64,000 nucleotides of DNA from Podarcis pityusensis (taxonomy: Eukaryota), in the NCBI GenBank assembly GCA_964106645.2, contig OZ067052.1; one strand, written 5' to 3'. The number at the start of each line of letters is the position of its first letter. The first letter of the stretch is position 1. The position numbers and the translations under genes were made by a program. Shown here piece after piece: positions 59,836 to 64,000 of the stretch. The notes beneath the pieces are model-generated. The model was given only the letters and a program-made list of their open reading frames with translations, ran no database searches and was not told the origin of the DNA.

Positions 59836-62822
59836 AGGGGTTACGAGCACGAGAACAATAAAATCAGATTTCATTTGTTATACACAGGCTATAATTGAGT
59901 AACAGCAAAAAGTTTTTGGAGCAGCCAAGGAAGATGCCAACAAGCAAACATAACTCTGTCTTGAAGCTTTGCTTGGAAAATATGCGGGCACAGGTATGTG
60001 ATCTTGCAGAAGCTGTTTAAATTTAAACCCATCCACCCAGTATCCAAACCTCCCCAGTATTCTGCAAGAGGAAAGGCTGGCTCATTCACTTCAGTGTTGC
60101 ACAAGGCTTTGTATACATCATACTTGCAAAGCATTTCCATCACCTTGAGATCAACAGGGCAATTGCTGAACACATGGCATCGTGGCCATGCATCAGTCCT
60201 CACGCATACGAAGGAGACGCTGGATGGGGGTGTAATAGATACAGACATACACATTATCCTGCTCTTATGTGGGACTTGCAGCAGGCTCCCATCTGAAGAA
60301 CTGATCAGGCAAACTCCAGTGCCAACTAGACCATTCACTTGAGCACATTTGCCACTTGAAGTCAAACTAACGCCAATACTTTTCAAGCAAAGACCATTCA
60401 TACATTTAGCTAAGAGCCATTGCAAGGAGCATCCAAGATATGAGATCTACTGGTTTGTGGCACCTATTCTGGAGTAACTGCTATGTCTCTCCCAAGACAA
60501 CAGGCTCTTCCCTTTCTACAGAATGGTCTTGCATATTTTAGTGCACCTGTGCTTACAGATCAGTCAAGTGTAGCAATTTCCTTTTGATATTACAGTCAGG
60601 GGTACAAAGTAGTGTGTGAATGGCCCCAGATTCCCGTGTGACCTTGAGTAGGTCATTTTGTTCTATTCTGTTCCTACAAAAGGCAGAGAGGTGCCCAGTC
60701 TCACAGGGCAGTGAGAAAGAACTAAATGCTGCTGGAGAGGCTGTTCAAATGCTATGGAAATGGGGGCCAGATGAAACTCTAAAGGAAGAGAGATAACAAA
60801 TGAAGTCTTTTCTCTGCCACTCACACCTTTTTGTTGGCTCCTTGCTTTAAAATTGCACCTCAAGGCAATAGAGTGCGCGCATCGGAGAGCAATTTGGGCT
60901 TCTTTTGTCAAGTTAAGCCACTGTGGTTTTTATCGGAAGGCGCGAAAGGAACGTGCAGCCATAAGTTCTTACATTTGCTCTTGTGCAAATGAAAGGGTTG
61001 AATGCTTTTGTGAAGAAAGCTCCAAGTGGAGAGGCTGAAAGCTCTAAAACCAAGTTTCATAAATGGAGGGCTAAACTCTCAGGATGGAGAGAGGGGAGAA
61101 ATATTTGAGGTTATGTTAATGCTGACAAATTCACTGTATGTTTTAACACAACTTTTCTGTTGTTCCGAAAAATCCTGCACTCTCTCTTCTGAAGTCTCAC
61201 ACAACAGCTGCTTCATTCCTCATCCTCAGACTCCACTCATGAGGAGCTTTCAGAAATAGCCAAGCCATCAGGCAAAGCAGAGATTACAGGCAGGGAGCCG
61301 CTCTCTGTCTTCCTGTGTAAACAAGGGCCAACCTCCATTAACTAGAACTTCATGCTGCCCTAGAAACAGCCACCCCTGGGATCATCAATGCCTCTGGGGC
61401 CTCCCCATAGGGGTCGGGGTGGGGGTTTGGTACTAAAGTTTTTTCAACACCTAAAAAGGCTTACTACTCTCGTTAGCAAAATAAATTTTTCATCAGTCAG
61501 CACTTTGGGGTTTTTTTATGTACTTATTAAAATTTAAGAAACTGAGCCACTGACCCCTATAATTTTTCAATTGTTCACACCACAAAGACTGGCTTGGCTA
61601 ATTACGACAGAACAGCTGTTGGAAGCGACCTTGCGATCAGCAAGAAAAATAGTGATGAAACGCTGCCTATCTACCAAGATCTGAAGAGTGCATTCCCCTC
61701 TCCCCCCACCTTATTCAAAATAAGTTCAGAAGTTAATTACACACAATATCTCAGAGGGTTATATATGAGCAAACAATTTTGAGAGCCAAATGAACGACAG
61801 ACCCGAGGAACACTTGCAGAAAACTTTGGACAATTTCTCTTTCTCTAGAACTGCGGTCACTGCTGTCATCTCAACTTGGGACAAGTATATTGCCTCATGC
61901 TCCGTAAGGAAGAAATTAAACAGAGCAGGTGGAAAAACCTAGTATGATACCCATGCAAACAGGCCCCAAAGAAAGACGGTCCACGTGATCAGCTAGTGCC
62001 CATTCCATTTCACATTGTAGTTTTTGTGGCAAAATAAAGGAAATAAAAATTGGGTCTTTAGGAAAAACAAATGGAAGCAAAACACTCCTCTTTGCCTGCC
62101 TTTATACCAAACACTGTTAGCAGGTATGCAATCTAAAGGCCTCTCTGGTCTCAAGATAGGATCTTAGAATGGGACCCTCTTGGCTCCACATTGTACAAAA
62201 GGTGCGAAACTTATAGCCCCAAACTCAGCATTACATATTTTGGGCTTCTTCTTTTTTCTACATAATTCTTTAAGCTCAAATTAATCAAGGCTTCTATCCT
62301 ATGCATACTTGCTTGAGAGCAAGCCCCACTGAAATCAGCAGCACTGTAAGAAACTGAAGAAGGCCTACCCCTTATTTGACAGTAGTGATCAATCTAGACT
62401 TCGTCCCATGCTGCACAGTACTTTTAATGTGGGGACCGGGAGTCGAACATTCCTTCCTGGGTCCCCCCCTTTTATCCCTCCCTTTGCTTTTTCTCTTCTA
62501 AAAGAGCAGAGACTCACCTGCCCAAGGCTTTATGTTGCCACAGTATTTTGCTGGAACGTAACACCAGCCACTTATTACTTCAGCATAATTTAAGTCAAAA
62601 CAGGAGCCTGGGTGAAGTGCATCTACTTGATAACCCTTCCAAAAGTATGCTCACGGTATCAGGATGCAAAAGCCAACCTGATGCTGTTTTCAATTTGATC
62701 CTTAGACGTTAGCAACAAATAAATGTGTCAAAATGGTAACTGCTGATTGCTGCATCAGAACAAATTTGCAAGTCCTGGTTCCAAGATTTGGTCTGAAAGG
62801 CCAGGAAGCCGCAGCCTTGCTC

Positions 62823-62924
62823 AAACTAAGGTCTGGTCAGTGCCTAGACGGGAGACTGCCTGGAAGCCACAACTATGCCGCGTTGAATTCTATGAGGGAA
62901 GGAAGGCAGGATAAATAAATAAAT
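62823..62924 (+). mobile_element. 5S-derived SINE-like copy with L2-type tail
   Basis: aaactaag-gtctggtcagtgcctagacgggagactgcctggaa ... gaaggcaggataaataaataaat. Confidence 0.7.
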
Positions 62925-63871
62925 GATGATGTAATGCAAGTGACATCTACTGAATCGCTTGAAAGTTCTCACCATTTTCAACTTTCCCTAAATCACATTA
63001 GTAAAAGGGGAATGTCAAAATCCCACTGGCTTATATAAGGAAAACTGCCAGTGCTACCGAAAACCTAAACAAGTGCACTCTGCTTCCTGGGCAACTAGGT
63101 TGCAACAAAAGGAGTTCTCTGGGGTGCACAATTACCCCCATGACAAAATTACTCTGCCTAACCAAAACAGATGCCTCGCTCTTTCAAGGAAAACAGCATA
63201 GGAGACAATTTGTTGGAAATATAGATGGCCACAACTCTCACGAAATGTCATCCATTTCAAAACTGGAGAGAGATAAAAAGAATCCACATGGTTTCTTGAA
63301 TATTCAAACAACAGTAGGGAATAAAACTTTTATTTCCACAGGGAATCAGCAACGAGCAATCCTTCTATACAAATTATTACATTTATATTCCACCTTTTTC
63401 CATCATGGAATTCAAGGCAGTGTACCCAGACAGTCTCCCAAGCAGACACTGGCCAGACTCAAACCTGCTTTGCTCCAGCAATACGGTTGCCCCCAGTTCT
63501 TTCAGACCCTGTCCTGTAATTGATATACTATGTCATTGTAGGGTACCATCTGAAAACCTTTGGGCAAGCCCAATGAATACACAGCTCTTCAATATATCTG
63601 CCTGTGAGAAGCAAAGCTGCAGGTTTATTCTTCAATAGGCAGTATGCAACTTCTTTGGCATGGCAAACTTCATCAGGGATTTTTGCCAGTACACAAACAA
63701 ATTTAATTCCAGCTGGGTCAACTAAGGTAGTTTTTATCTGAAATGAACGTCAATATATTTAACAATAAAGCTCAAGAAGGCTACAATGTGCCCTCCTGTT
63801 AAGTATTTGCCAAATGCACCTGTGGATGTGCATACTGTGGAACCAGTGAGAATGTGACAACATTGCTTTGC

Positions 63872-64000
63872 TAATAATAATAATAATAATAATAATAATG
63901 ATAATAATAATATTTATATCCCGCCCTCCCCAGCCGAAGCCGGGCTCAGGGCGGCTAACAACACTAAAATAGTGCAACATTCTAAAAACATTATAAAAAT
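63872..64000 (-). mobile_element. L2-type 3' end with (TAA)n tail, truncated by the window edge
   Basis: (taa)n followed by atttatatcccgccct...ctcagggcggctaaca. Confidence 0.75.

Larger units (their letters stand above)
14526..64000 (-). other. MSI2: MSI2 intron upstream of the 49-nt exon (continues beyond the window)
   Basis: Ends in a pyrimidine tract plus CAG at 14528-14526. The preceding exon (...DVKQYFEQFGK) was not seen, but a 200-N gap is unresolved. Confidence 0.7.

Noticed and set aside
62518-62607. Exon ending at a perfect CAG|GTGAGT donor (minus strand)
   Set aside because: The acceptor is weak, there is an early stop and no Musashi-like peptide. An isolated consensus donor is expected by chance in 64 kb.
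119-63980. The many 60-180 aa ORFs in the supplied track
   Set aside because: Apart from 1369-2058 (L1 ORF2) and small L2 pieces, they show no recognisable domains, often overlap repeats or Ns and use alternative starts. The real exon is not translated in its correct frame in the track.
1-64000. Prokaryotic-type systems (CRISPR arrays, operons, defence islands)
   Set aside because: The sequence is vertebrate intronic DNA. No regularly spaced repeat-spacer array or gene-dense region was seen.

Overview
This is vertebrate nuclear DNA, not prokaryotic. The repeat landscape (tRNA/CR1 SINEs, Squam3-type SINEs, hAT and Tigger MITEs, L1/L2/CR1/RTE relics) points to a squamate, probably a lacertid lizard (inference). 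The window appears to lie inside the Musashi-2 (MSI2) gene on the minus strand. The only host coding exon I found is a 49-nt RRM2 exon at 14477-14525 (VEDAMLMFDKTTNRHR-G), flanked by very long introns (>14 kb on the 3' side; >49 kb on the 5' side unless an exon is hidden in the 200-N gap). Nearly all ORFs in the supplied track are spurious; the exception is an L1 ORF2 C-terminus. The most interesting signal is a compact splice-signal module deep in the upstream intron (38361-38460, sense to MSI2). It has a branch-like motif, an AG-free pyrimidine tract with UGCs, then CAG-ACCTCAG-GTAAGT and a second CAG-GTAAGC. It reads as either a poison microexon or a recursive-splicing site. Other leads: a G.U-perfect sense-strand hairpin, an antisense LTR with a tRNA-Leu PBS, a short 5S-derived SINE family, SINEs with different tRNA heads on one CR1 tail, a Penelope hammerhead relic, a 56-bp perfect palindrome and several motif-dense candidate enhancers. 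Boundaries of decayed repeats are approximate and were read by eye. No database searches were run.
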